64,000 nt of DNA from an uncultured Acidimicrobiia bacterium (GTDB lineage Bacteria > Acidobacteriota > Terriglobia > Versatilivoradales > Versatilivoraceae), in contig CAWBAT010000005.1 of the NCBI GenBank assembly GCA_963786955.1, positions 1,408,001-1,472,000 of the forward strand, in the 5' to 3' direction. Shown here piece by piece: positions 50,710-61,173 of the stretch. Under the pieces are notes generated by a model that saw only the letters and a program-made list of their open reading frames with translations, did not search any database and had not been told where the DNA came from. The number at the start of each line of letters is the position of its first letter. The first letter of the stretch is position 1. The position numbers and the translations under genes are program-made.

Positions 50710-52986
50710 ATGTCAAAGCGGTTCGTGAACATGTTTCTGTTCTCACTTCTTGTAGTTGCCCTGAATGGAGTCTCAGCAGGGCCGGTCGAAGAGAGGCTTT
50801 TGGGCTTTGAAGCTGAAAGTTCTAAACGACAAATCGCCTTGGAAGAGCGCTTTGATTCGCTATTGGACGGGAAGAATCTTCGGCTCTGGATGGAAAGGAT
50901 GACAGCAAAACCACATCATCTCGGTTCACCCTTTGGCAAGGAAGTGGCTGAATTCATTGCTGGCCAGTTTCGCTCCTGGGGTTATGAGACCGAAATTGAA
51001 AAATTTGACGTCCTCTTCCCGACCCCCAAGCAACGCTTGCTGGAAATGACGGCGCCCGAGCATTTTGTCGCCTCATTGGATGAACCTGCCCTGAAGGAAG
51101 ACCGGACCTCTGGTGTAACCGGAAACAGACTTCCGCCGTACAACGCCTATTCCATCGATGGGGATGTAACGGGCCTGCTTGTATACGCGAACTATGGACT
51201 CCCCAAAGACTATGAATATTTGGAGTCGAAAGGAATTAACGTCAAAGGCAAGATCATCATCGTGCGCTACGGTGGTTCCTGGCGTGGAATTAAGCCGAAG
51301 GTTGCTGCCGAACACGGAGCCATTGGATGCATCATTTATTCGGACCCGCGAGACGACGGGTATTTTCAAGGCGATGATTATCCGAAAGGTTCATGGAGAA
51401 ACGAGCGGGGGGCGCAACGAGGCTCGGTACTCGACATGCCCGTCTATCCGGGAGATCCATTGACTCCCGGTGCATCCGCGACGGCCGCTGCGAAGCGCCT
51501 TCCAGTAAGAGAAGCCAAAACACTGACCCAGATCCCGGTGCTGCCGATTTCCTACGGTGATGCCGTGCCACTGCTTCGATCCCTCGGGGGCCGGGTGGTG
51601 CCTGAAGACTGGCGTGGGACGTTGCCGCTCACTTACCATATCGGCCCGGGTCCCGCAACGGTGCATCTGAAGCTGGAGTTCAGCTGGGACCTGGCGACGA
51701 CCCATAATGTGATTGCCCGAATCCGTGGGGCCGAAAGGCCCGACCAATGGGTGATTCGCGGAAACCATCATGATGCCTGGGTATTTGGCGCCTATGACCC
51801 TGTCAGCGGGCTCGTCTCTTTGATGGAAGAGGCTCGCGCAGTGGCTGCCCTGAAAAAGTCCGGCTGGAGGCTCAAGCGCACAATTATTTATTGCGCCTGG
51901 GACGGGGAAGAACCGGGATTGATAGGGTCGACGGAGTGGGTGGAAGACCATGAAGAAGAGTTGTCAAAGAAGGCGGTCGTGTATGTGAACTCAGACTCCA
52001 ACGGGGCAGGGTTTTTGGCGATGGGAGGGACTCCAAGCCTGGAGAAGTTCATGAATCAGGCCGCCCGGTCCGTAATGGACCCTCAAAAAGCGGTTTCAGT
52101 TCTCGAACGCGCCAGGGCTTTTGCGATTGTCAAGGGTGATGCAGAGACGCGGCAAATGGCCCGCCAGAAGCAGGACTTGCCGCTAACGGCGCTCGGATCG
52201 GGGTCCGACTATACCCCGTTTCTGCAGCATCTCGGAATTCCTGCACTGAACCTGTTGTTCTTTGGTGAGGAAGGGGGCGGATCGTACCACTCGATTTACG
52301 ACTCTTTTGATTACTACACTCGGTTTGTCGATCCAGATTTCGAGTACGGCGTCACCCTAGCAAAAACCGCAGGGCGTGCGATTCTCCGCTTTGCCAACGC
52401 CGACGTCTTGCCCTATGAATTTCTTAGCCTCTCTGAAAAAGTGGATTCTTATCTAAAGGAATTAGTCAAACTTACGGAGAGTATTCGCGAGGCAAACGAA
52501 GAGAAAAAGCTTTTAATCACAGAGAAGAGCGTGGAAATCACCCTCCAGCCTAAAGAAATCTATATTCCACCTCAGGCTCTTTCTGAAGTCCCATACCTGA
52601 ATTTTTCTCCTCTGCAGAATGCGGCGGCCAACTTAAAAACAAGTGCCCTCGGTTATCACGAAGCTCTGAAAGCCTTTGGGACTTCGGGTGTCGGATTGCC
52701 CGAGCGGACTCAAGAGACCCTAAACCAAATCCTCATAGGCGCAGAAAGAGCCCTCCTTCGAACAGAAGGGCTGCCCGGACACCCTTGGTTCCGCCACCAA
52801 CTTTACGCGCCAGGAAAATACACGGGATATGATGTCAAAACGATTCCAGGGGTGCGTGAAGCAATTGAACAGCGAAATTGGGAGGAAGCCAATCGCGAGA
52901 TCAAACTCGTCGCCAGAACCCTCGATGGACTTGTGACCGTGATTGAGCAGGCGTCGGCGGTTTTGAAGCCAGTGAAGGGCAAATAG
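50710..52986 (+). CDS. M28 peptidase with PA and transferrin-receptor-like dimerisation domains (glutamate carboxypeptidase II-like)
   Basis: GNHHDAW, GAYDP, WDGEE, GSGSDY, YHSIYD. Confidence 0.9.
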   Translation: MSKRFVNMFLFSLLVVALNGVSAGPVEERLLGFEAESSKRQIALEERFDSLLDGKNLRLWMERMTAKPHHLGSPFGKEVAEFIAGQFRSWGYETEIEKFDVLFPTPKQRLLEMTAPEHFVASLDEPALKEDRTSGVTGNRLPPYNAYSIDGDVTGLLVYANYGLPKDYEYLESKGINVKGKIIIVRYGGSWRGIKPKVAAEHGAIGCIIYSDPRDDGYFQGDDYPKGSWRNERGAQRGSVLDMPVYPGDPLTPGASATAAAKRLPVREAKTLTQIPVLPISYGDAVPLLRSLGGRVVPEDWRGTLPLTYHIGPGPATVHLKLEFSWDLATTHNVIARIRGAERPDQWVIRGNHHDAWVFGAYDPVSGLVSLMEEARAVAALKKSGWRLKRTIIYCAWDGEEPGLIGSTEWVEDHEEELSKKAVVYVNSDSNGAGFLAMGGTPSLEKFMNQAARSVMDPQKAVSVLERARAFAIVKGDAETRQMARQKQDLPLTALGSGSDYTPFLQHLGIPALNLLFFGEEGGGSYHSIYDSFDYYTRFVDPDFEYGVTLAKTAGRAILRFANADVLPYEFLSLSEKVDSYLKELVKLTESIREANEEKKLLITEKSVEITLQPKEIYIPPQALSEVPYLNFSPLQNAAANLKTSALGYHEALKAFGTSGVGLPERTQETLNQILIGAERALLRTEGLPGHPWFRHQLYAPGKYTGYDVKTIPGVREAIEQRNWEEANREIKLVARTLDGLVTVIEQASAVLKPVKGK

Positions 52987-53017
52987 GCACGTATTCCGAA
53001 GTTGGGTAAACGTGTTA

Positions 53018-53076
53018 GGTGGAGCGGGCGCTCCCGCGCACGCTCAGAGAACACGCGGCGGAGCGCGCGTTCCACC
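53018..53076. repeat. REP-like element, inverted homolog of 37021..37094
   Basis: Reverse complement ggtggaacgcgcgctccgccgcgtgttctctgagcgtgcgcg matches the 37021 element. Confidence 0.7.
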
Positions 53077-53104
53077 CTAGAACAAGGACTTCTGAAACTT
53101 AGTA

Positions 53105-53851
53105 CTAGAGCCGGTTGATCAGACTTGCGACAAATCCAGCTCCGAAACCATTGTCGATGTTGACGACGGTGACATTGGAAGCGCAACTGTTCAACATTCC
53201 CAGGAGCGCAGCGATGCCCTGGAAACTGGCTCCGTAACCAATGCTGGTAGGGACCGCAATGACCGGGACAGAAACCAGCCCGCCGACAACGCTCGGTAAG
53301 GCGCCTTCCATTCCCGCGACCACAATAATGACCCTGGCCTGCGTCAACCGTTCCCGTTCGCTGAGAAGCCGATGGATTCCGGCAACACCCACATCCACAA
53401 GGCATTCCACCTGGTTCCCCATTGCCTCTGCGGTCACCTGGGCTTCTTTCGCCACCGGGATGTCCGCCGTTCCGGCACAGGCGACCAGGATTTTCCCTTT
53501 TCCATATTCGGTCTTGTCGCGCTGAACCAAAATAGTTCCTGGGTCCGGAAAGAATTTGGCCTTAGAATCCATTTTCTTGATCTCCCGAAAAACAGTTTGA
53601 TCGGTACGGGTGATCAACAAGTTTTGTTTATTGACTAGCATCCGCTTGGCAATGGCTTTGATTTGAGCTACCGTCTTCCCGCGCCCAAAAATGACTTCCG
53701 GAAAACCTTGCCTCAGTGCTCGGTGATGATCGATCCTGGCGAATCCGATGTCTTCATAGGGCAGTTGCTTTAGACGAGAAACCCCATCGTCGACGGAATA
53801 CGTGCCGTTCTTGACGTCTCTGAGGATTTGGCGGATCTCGTTTTCGGTCAT
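53105..53851 (-). CDS. larB: Nickel-pincer cofactor biosynthesis carboxylase LarB (PurE-like)
   Basis: [40 protein letters not shown]. Confidence 0.93.
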   Translation of the reverse strand: MTENEIRQILRDVKNGTYSVDDGVSRLKQLPYEDIGFARIDHHRALRQGFPEVIFGRGKTVAQIKAIAKRMLVNKQNLLITRTDQTVFREIKKMDSKAKFFPDPGTILVQRDKTEYGKGKILVACAGTADIPVAKEAQVTAEAMGNQVECLVDVGVAGIHRLLSERERLTQARVIIVVAGMEGALPSVVGGLVSVPVIAVPTSIGYGASFQGIAALLGMLNSCASNVTVVNIDNGFGAGFVASLINRL

Positions 53852-53961
53852 AGTCACCTCTTCAATTCTTGCTTCATCCATCTCAGTTGTCTAGCCAATT
53901 TGATGCACAGACTGTCAGTTAACGACATTTTGTTATAGTATTTCAAGCTTCCTGTAAGTAT

Positions 53962-54594
53962 TTGACCCGCGAGGACTCAAAACCTTTGGAAATTACAATC
54001 GCAATCACCGGTGCCAGCGGCGCCATTTATCCTGTTCGCCTTTTGAAACATTTGTCTGCTGAGCCCCAGATCAGCGGTATCTATGTCGTTGCTTCCGCGG
54101 CTGGACTTCGAGTCATGCATGAAGAGTTGAACATGGGTCCAGTTAGCCTGAAGTCGCTGGCCGAAAAGGTCACCGACGGCAATAGTCAAAAAATTACGGT
54201 TCTCAACAACAACGATATTGGAGCCAGGATCGCGAGTGGGTCTTACCCGGTTGATGCGATGGTCATCATCCCTTGCAGCATGGGCACTCTCGGCAGTATT
54301 GCCCACGGGATATCGCGGGATTTGATTCAAAGAGCTGCGGATGTGATTCTCAAGGAGCGGAGGAAACTATTACTCATAACGCGTGATACTCCGCTTAATT
54401 TGATTCATCTAGAGAATATGAAGATGCTGACCCTGGCAGGAGGGATTGTATTTCCGGCTGTTCCTTCGTTTTACCATCGGCCGGTTTCACTGGAGGAGGC
54501 TGTGGATCAATTCCTGTATCGGGTCATGCAACACTTGGGTTTGAATCCGAGTAATGCTTACCGTTGGGAAGGCAGCGGAGACCGGCCGGAATGA
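53962..54594 (+). CDS. ubiX: Flavin prenyltransferase
   Basis: ITGASG, IASGS, PCSMGT, RAADVILKERR. Confidence 0.92.
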   Translation: MTREDSKPLEITIAITGASGAIYPVRLLKHLSAEPQISGIYVVASAAGLRVMHEELNMGPVSLKSLAEKVTDGNSQKITVLNNNDIGARIASGSYPVDAMVIIPCSMGTLGSIAHGISRDLIQRAADVILKERRKLLLITRDTPLNLIHLENMKMLTLAGGIVFPAVPSFYHRPVSLEEAVDQFLYRVMQHLGLNPSNAYRWEGSGDRPE

Positions 54595-54711
54595 AACCAT
54601 TCTTTTCTGAAACCCGGAAGAATAAGGTTGGGCGTGTGATTCGCGTGTGCCGTTCTTCCGCTCTCCTGAACTTCACTTCTGACGTTCCCGTCTCAATAAA
54701 TTAGTTGATCT

Positions 54712-55575
54712 ATGTCCACACACTTCTTCAAACACCTCAAGATTACGTTAGAGATGATCAAGTTTGAGCACACGGTTTTCGCATTACCGTTTGCCCTGTT
54801 GAGCGCCATTCTGGCTTCCAATGGCTGGCCGCATGGTTCGAAGCTGTTGTGGATCCTCGCAGCCATGATCGGTGCACGCAGCGCGGCGATGACCTTTAAT
54901 CGAATTGCGGACTGGCCTATTGACGCTGCCAACCCTCGCACCCGAATGCGAGCCCTGCCTGCCGGGCTTTTAAGCCGTAGTTTTGCAGTCCTTTTCACAT
55001 TGGCGTCAAGTCTTCTTTTCATCCTGGCGGCTTCCCAACTCAACCGATTGTGTCTGTGGCTGGCATTCCCCGTGTTATTTATCCTCCTTTTCTATTCTTA
55101 TACAAAACGCTTTACCAGCTACTCTCACATTGTTCTAGGAATTTGCCTCGGAATGGCTCCCCTTGGAGCCTGGATTGCCATCCGAGGAGATGTGGGCCTG
55201 CCCTCTATCTTGCTTTGTGTGATCGTGACTCTCTGGACCGCAGGTTTCGATATCATCTATTCCTGCCAGGATACTGAATTCGACCGAGCGCGAAGTTTGT
55301 TCTCTATCCCCAAGCGATTTGGAGTCAAAGCCGCACTCAGAATTTCGACAGGCCTCCATTTGTTGATGCTTCTTTTCTTGCTTGTACTCTTACGGATCGA
55401 GAAATTGGGCTGGATCAGCCTGCTGGGAACTGCAGTGGTTGCGGGACTCTTGTACTACGAACACAGTCTCGTCCGTCCCAATGACCTCTCCAGAGTGAAT
55501 GCCGCATTCTTTACAGTGAATGGATACATTAGCATCCTGCTTTTGATCGCAATAGGATTAGATAAATTGATCTAG
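54712..55575 (+). CDS. ubiA: UbiA-family prenyltransferase (MqnP-like)
   Basis: IKFEHTVFALPF, NRIAD…DAANPRT, GFDIIYSCQD. Confidence 0.9.
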   Translation: MSTHFFKHLKITLEMIKFEHTVFALPFALLSAILASNGWPHGSKLLWILAAMIGARSAAMTFNRIADWPIDAANPRTRMRALPAGLLSRSFAVLFTLASSLLFILAASQLNRLCLWLAFPVLFILLFYSYTKRFTSYSHIVLGICLGMAPLGAWIAIRGDVGLPSILLCVIVTLWTAGFDIIYSCQDTEFDRARSLFSIPKRFGVKAALRISTGLHLLMLLFLLVLLRIEKLGWISLLGTAVVAGLLYYEHSLVRPNDLSRVNAAFFTVNGYISILLLIAIGLDKLI

Positions 55576-55596
55576 TACTCAGCTGCGAAGTCCATT

Positions 55597-55833
55597 GCCC
55601 TGAAGGGGCAAGAGAAAGTAGCCCAGGGCAGAGTGGAGGGCGAAGCCCGGAGCGGCGCCCTGGGTCACGGACCACCCACGAAAGGGCACCCTGGAGGGGT
55701 GCCACACGTCTCGTCCGGGTTGTCGCGCCCCTTCAGGGCGCCGATGATTCATTGGGACCGCAACCCAGGGCGACGCTGCGGGGCTTTGGCCCTTCGCTCT
55801 GCCCTGGGCTAGATTGTGGCGGCCCTTCAGGCC
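55597..55833. repeat. Long palindromic MITE/REPIN-like element
   Basis: gccctgaaggggc…agcccagggcagag…gaagcc mirrored by gccccttcagggc…ttcgctctgccctgggct…cccttcagg. Confidence 0.75.
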
Positions 55834-56132
55834 GCTGGATGTCTGAAGGACTGCTTATGACCGCTTCGTAAACTTATTTTCAAATGACGAAACGAAACGA
55901 TAGTGTCGCCAATATAAACTTGGAAGCCCGAGCCGTTACTGAATCCGGGGTGCCAAATAATGTCCAATCTTGAGCCCATGGGCAACGACCAATGCTGTCC
56001 AAATTGCGAAAGCTGAAAAGCTAATTTGGGCAAGCATGGTCAGCGACCCCGGCTACAACAATTACCACGAATTTGTGCAACTTATTACTACGCGAACAAC
56101 ACTTTAGATTTAATTTGTAAAAGGCGATACGT

Positions 56133-57842
56133 ATGAAATTTTTCCTTTTGTGTAGTCTGTGTTTACTTTTCGCGACTTGGGCGGAAACTGGGGAGAAGCC
56201 AAGGCAGCACGCCAGGTCCATGGTGATCAGCAAATTTGGTATTGTCGCGACCAGCCAATCTCTTGCCTCCGCCGCTGGAGCGGGCATTTTGGAGCAGGGT
56301 GGCAACGCGATAGATGCTGCGATTGCAGCCAATGCGGTTTTGGGTGTCGTCGAGCCCGGCAGTAATGGGATTGGGGGGGATTTGTTTGCGATCGTCTACG
56401 AGGCCAAGTCAGGCCAGCTTTACGGCCTCAATGCAAGTGGCTGGGCGCCCTCGGGATTGACCATCGATTTTCTAGAAGCTCGCGGAATCCATAGTATGCC
56501 CCAGAAAGGAATCGACTCTGTCACCGTTCCCGGGTGCGTTGCGGGGTGGGAAGCATTGCATCGGAAGTTTGGGAGAATGAATTTCTCGAAACTTTTTTCT
56601 CCCGCTATTTATTACGGCAATAACGGTTTTCCAGTCACTGAAATAATCTCTGCCAGTTGGCAGCAGTCGGTCGATTTTCTCTCTTCCTATCCAAATGCTC
56701 GGGATACATTCCTGCTCGGAGGCAGAGCGCCCAATGTTGGAGAAGTTTTCAGGAATCGCGATTTGGCTTGTACCTTGCAAAAGATTGCCGAACAGGGCCG
56801 GAATGGCTTTTACAAGGGAAGTACTGCCGAATCGATTCTCCAAATCTCGAAGGAATATAGTGGAACTTTCAAGCTTTCGGACTTAACGGAGTTTGAACCT
56901 GAATGGGTCGAACCTATCTCGACAACATATCGAGGCTGGACCGTCTATGAGCTTCCCCCCAACGGTCAGGGCATTGCCGCACTGATGATGTTGAACCTGA
57001 TGGAGCGGTTTCCCTTGGAGGAGTACGGTCATAATAGTGCCAAAGCACTACATATTATGATCGAAGCCAAGAAGCTTGCCTACGCTGACATGCTCCGGAA
57101 TGTGGGGGATCCCCGATTTTCGGAGCTGCCGGTTAAAACCCTGCTTTCCAAAAGTTTTGCCGAGCAGCGAGCACGCTTGATTCTGAGCGAAAAGGCAAGC
57201 TGCCTCGTCCCTCCGGCAGAGTTAACCGAGATCAGCCATTCATATGGCGGGGATACCATTTACATGTCTGCGGTTGATCGTGAAGGAAATATTGTGTCTT
57301 TGATCCAGAGCAATTATGCGGGGTTCGGTTCGGGACTGGTACCACCAAGAATGGGTTTCATGCTTCAGAATCGAGGTGCTCTATTTACTTTAGATCGCGG
57401 GAAACCGAATTCGCTCGAACCGCGTAAACGCCCACTGCATACAATTATCCCTGCGTTTATGGAAAAAGAGGGTGTTCGCATTGGCTTTGGTATCATGGGT
57501 GGATGGAACCAGTCCCAGGCCCATGCTCAATTTGTTTCCAATGTGGTCGACTTCAAGATGAATGTCCAGGAAGCCTTGGAAACGGCCCGCTTCACCAAAC
57601 CGACTTTTGAGGGATGCGATGTTCTGGTGGAGGATCGTGTGCCCGAAAATGTGAGAGCCACTTTACTTCGATGGGGGCATGAGCTGCGGGCGCTCGGTCC
57701 GTATTCCGGATCAATGGGTGGAGGACAGGCGATCATGCGCGACCGGGTAGGCATCAATTATGGTGGGTCTGACCCCCGTAAAGACGGTTCCGCTGTACCG
57801 GAAAACCCTCCTTGGGATCGAACGGGTAAGAATCTGAAATAG
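56133..57842 (+). CDS. ggt: Gamma-glutamyltransferase
   Basis: GGNAIDAA, GIGGD, ELPPNGQG, nucleophile DTIY, QNRG, KRPLHTIIP, SDPRKDG. Confidence 0.93.
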   Translation: MKFFLLCSLCLLFATWAETGEKPRQHARSMVISKFGIVATSQSLASAAGAGILEQGGNAIDAAIAANAVLGVVEPGSNGIGGDLFAIVYEAKSGQLYGLNASGWAPSGLTIDFLEARGIHSMPQKGIDSVTVPGCVAGWEALHRKFGRMNFSKLFSPAIYYGNNGFPVTEIISASWQQSVDFLSSYPNARDTFLLGGRAPNVGEVFRNRDLACTLQKIAEQGRNGFYKGSTAESILQISKEYSGTFKLSDLTEFEPEWVEPISTTYRGWTVYELPPNGQGIAALMMLNLMERFPLEEYGHNSAKALHIMIEAKKLAYADMLRNVGDPRFSELPVKTLLSKSFAEQRARLILSEKASCLVPPAELTEISHSYGGDTIYMSAVDREGNIVSLIQSNYAGFGSGLVPPRMGFMLQNRGALFTLDRGKPNSLEPRKRPLHTIIPAFMEKEGVRIGFGIMGGWNQSQAHAQFVSNVVDFKMNVQEALETARFTKPTFEGCDVLVEDRVPENVRATLLRWGHELRALGPYSGSMGGGQAIMRDRVGINYGGSDPRKDGSAVPENPPWDRTGKNLK

Positions 57843-58004
57843 TCCCCTTTGCTCCTGACTTGACGAGATCATTATCCAGCTGATCAAAACTCACTTACAC
57901 AGTTTGGCAGAAGTTCATACACAAACGGCCAGTGTCTTGAATTTACCCACGAATCTGAAGAAGAACACGAACCTGTGCTAGCATAAGGCGGTGAGTGTAA
58001 CCCT

Positions 58005-58499
58005 ATGAATTCTGGTAACACCTTGGAAGATCAGGAGCGGGCCAAAGAATTGTGGGAAGAGGGAGTCACGGAGTTGATGTCCGGCGGGATCCATTCCGCC
58101 ATTGATTGCTTCAATCAAAGCATCCTCCACTATCCAACCGCCGAAGGCCATACATACCGGGGATGGGCTCTTTCGTTTCTCGGTATGCTCGATCAAGCTA
58201 TCCAGGATTGTAAGAAAGCAATAGAAATTGACCCGGATTTCGGTAATCCCTACAACGATATTGGTGTTTACTTGATGCAAATAGGGCTATTAGACGATGC
58301 CATCCCCTGGTTCGAAAAAGCCAAGAGGGCAGCTCGGTATGTTCCGAGACACTTTCCGTTTCTCAACCTGGCGTACATCTATATGGCCAAGGAAGATCAA
58401 AGCAAAGCATTAGATGAATATGTGCACGCGCTGGACCTCGATCCGGAGAACCCGGCAATACTGAAAGCCATCGCCAGTTTGGATTTAAAAGTGAACTGA
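58005..58499 (+). CDS. TPR-repeat protein
   Basis: AIEIDPDFGNPYNDIG-type repeats. Confidence 0.85.
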   Translation: MNSGNTLEDQERAKELWEEGVTELMSGGIHSAIDCFNQSILHYPTAEGHTYRGWALSFLGMLDQAIQDCKKAIEIDPDFGNPYNDIGVYLMQIGLLDDAIPWFEKAKRAARYVPRHFPFLNLAYIYMAKEDQSKALDEYVHALDLDPENPAILKAIASLDLKVN

Positions 58500-58618
58500 T
58501 TCTAATTGAGAGCCGCTCTCTACTCGAGAGATGAAATCCTTTTGCCAGGATTTCTCGCTGCAGGCATCCGATTGAAGGCCAGAGAAGCACCATTCGCTGT
58601 AGGCTTGGAACATTCTCC

Positions 58619-59716
58619 ATGACTGAGGCAAGCCAATCGACTGCCATTTCTACTTTTCAAGATAGTCGTTTCAACAAAATCACATTCGGAAATGGGAAGA
58701 AGGTCAATTTCCCGGTGATTTTTGCTCCGATGGCGGGCCTCTCACATGTCGCCTTTCGGCAGGTCATTCGGTCCTATCTCCCTCAAGATATCAGCCCAAT
58801 CCTGTTTACCGAAATGCTCTCCACCCGCCTTCTTCCCCAAGAAGACGTCGGCAAAACGCCGCAGACTCGAGTGGTCGACGGGGAAGCAGGCTTGATCCCT
58901 CAGATTATTGGAAATGATGCCGAGCTGATTGCGAAATCGTTAGAAAACCTAAAAACAATTAGCCCCGCCGGGATCGATATTAATATGGGCTGTCCCGTTA
59001 GCAAAGTCCTCAAGCACAACTGGGGTGTGGCCCTGATGGGGGACATCCGCTATGCCGAAGAAGTGGTTCGAATGACACGCCAGTTGACCTCTTTACCCTT
59101 GTCCGTGAAGATTCGAACCGGGCTTAAGGATGATCCGCTCTATTTGGTCGATTTTTCAAAGATGCTGGAAGAAGCGGGAGCCGATTGGATCACGCTTCAT
59201 CCGAGAATTCAGGGCCTCCATCGCAAGGGCTCAGCCAATTGGGAATATATAGGGCGAGTCCGGGAGGCTGTGAGAATCCCCGTAGTTGGCAATGGAGATG
59301 TTCAGGAGGCCAATGATATTCTACTGATGCAGCGGAAAACCCACTGCGATGGGGTCATGGTCGCCCGGGCTGCCACCGCACGCCCTTGGATTTTCTGGCA
59401 AGTAGGAGAATCTCTCGGACTCCCGCCTCCCATTGGGCGGGAAGGTGAAAAAGCTCCACGGACCTGTGAAGAGGAAGGCCTGGAGTTCCATCGAGCCTTG
59501 TTGGAATTTTGCGATCATTTGGAAACTCATTTTACCTTTGCCGAACAAATGCCGAGATTGAAACTCTTTCTTGCCTGGGGGCATAAATGGCTTTTCTTTG
59601 GACATTTCCTTTCCACTCAGGTGAATCGTTGCAAAGACATGCCCTCAGCCCGCCACGTGATCTCCCGATTCTTCGAAGAACCCAAGTTGTTACAAGCACG
59701 TACGTCGCTCCAATAG
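58619..59716 (+). CDS. tRNA-dihydrouridine synthase family protein
   Basis: APMAG, DINMGCP, VKIRTG, LHPR, NGDV. Confidence 0.9.
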   Translation: MTEASQSTAISTFQDSRFNKITFGNGKKVNFPVIFAPMAGLSHVAFRQVIRSYLPQDISPILFTEMLSTRLLPQEDVGKTPQTRVVDGEAGLIPQIIGNDAELIAKSLENLKTISPAGIDINMGCPVSKVLKHNWGVALMGDIRYAEEVVRMTRQLTSLPLSVKIRTGLKDDPLYLVDFSKMLEEAGADWITLHPRIQGLHRKGSANWEYIGRVREAVRIPVVGNGDVQEANDILLMQRKTHCDGVMVARAATARPWIFWQVGESLGLPPPIGREGEKAPRTCEEEGLEFHRALLEFCDHLETHFTFAEQMPRLKLFLAWGHKWLFFGHFLSTQVNRCKDMPSARHVISRFFEEPKLLQARTSLQ

Positions 59717-60156
59717 TAGCTCAGTGAGACCCTGTTGAGTCTGGAGACAGAGATGAATGAGTACGACACGCCGCCCTTCATCTATGGTGGTGGGATCCCT
59801 TGTCTCTGGCATATCGAAATCGATTTGGGTTGAAAAAAGGGCTGGCCCATTGTATTTTTCCAAGGGGGTTTTGTCTTCCGTCACTGAGAAGTCGTGACGT
59901 TATCGGTTCTGGATGGCTCAACAATGGGTTCCCCCCCGAAGACACATCTAATGAAAGAGCGAAATTCTTCCGAATTTTTGGATTGGGCTTTTATTGACTT
60001 ATTTTAAAGGTCTGTTAGATAGAATTGGAACGGGTAACTCGACAAGTAGATCTAGGATTCATTATTATTATCATTTTGGTTATCAACTAGTTGGCGGGGA
60101 AAGGAATTAGGTTTTGAATTGCATTCGCTGACCCCTTTGGAGAGCGTAAAAATCTT

Positions 60157-61173
60157 ATGCCAGCAACAGTTCCCATGGATGTAACGTTTAAAGCTCCATC
60201 AGGGAAGGCTGATGATGCAGAAATTCATCTTCTTTATCTCATGCTGCTTATTCGTCGATTTGAAGAGCGTGCATCGCAAGCCTACCAGCAACAGAAAATT
60301 GGTGGTTTTTGTCACCTCTATATCGGTCAGGAAGCAGTAGCCGTGGGTACGGTTGCCGCCGCTCGAAATGATGATTACGTGATTACGGCTTACCGGGATC
60401 ACGGGCACGCCATTGCTCGAGGAGCTGACCTTAATGGGTGTATGGCCGAGTTATTCGGCAAAGCCACCGGCATTTCCCGAGGTCTAGGCGGGTCAATGCA
60501 TTATTTCGACAAAAAGAATCATATGTTTGGAGGGCACGCCATTGTCGGAGGGCATTTGCCCTTGGCCACAGGATTGGCCTTTGGGAGTCAATATCGTGGC
60601 GAGGACCGCTGCACCCTCTGCTTTTTTGGCGACGGCGCCATCAATCAGGGGGCGTTTCACGAAGCTGCTAACTTGGCGGCACTCTGGAAGCTTCCAATCG
60701 TTTTTATCTGCGAGAACAATTTGTTTGGCATGGGAACCCATGTCGGGCGGGCAACGGCAGTCAAAGAGTTGACCAATCGGGCCAAGGGATATGACATGCC
60801 GTCGGCCGTCGTCAATGGGATGGACGTCCGCCATGTACGAGACACGATGCAGGGCATTCTGGAGGAGATGAGAAGAAAACCTTCCCCCTACCTGGTGGAG
60901 GCCCGAACCTACCGATATCGAGGACATTCCATGTCCGACCCGGCTACTTACCGGAGTAAAGAAGAGGTCGACAAATATAAAAGTGAAGATCCTATTATTG
61001 CCTTTAAGGCCGTCCTGATCAATGAAGGAAAACTCGAAGAAACCCGATTTCAGGAACTGGACCGCGAGGCGCGAAGACTGGCGGCCGATTCCATCAAGTT
61101 TGCCGAAGAGAGTCCAGAGCCTCCCATCGAGGACCTGCATAAATACACCTTTGTGGAGGGCGACAACCATTGA
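60157..61173 (+). CDS. pdhA: Pyruvate dehydrogenase E1 alpha
   Basis: GFCHLYIGQEA, GGSMH, FGDGA, YRGHSMSDP. Confidence 0.95.
   Translation: MPATVPMDVTFKAPSGKADDAEIHLLYLMLLIRRFEERASQAYQQQKIGGFCHLYIGQEAVAVGTVAAARNDDYVITAYRDHGHAIARGADLNGCMAELFGKATGISRGLGGSMHYFDKKNHMFGGHAIVGGHLPLATGLAFGSQYRGEDRCTLCFFGDGAINQGAFHEAANLAALWKLPIVFICENNLFGMGTHVGRATAVKELTNRAKGYDMPSAVVNGMDVRHVRDTMQGILEEMRRKPSPYLVEARTYRYRGHSMSDPATYRSKEEVDKYKSEDPIIAFKAVLINEGKLEETRFQELDREARRLAADSIKFAEESPEPPIEDLHKYTFVEGDNH

Noticed and set aside
59840-59960. Hairpins upstream of pdhA as a possible riboswitch
   Set aside because: No recognisable conserved motif; stems are short and could be chance
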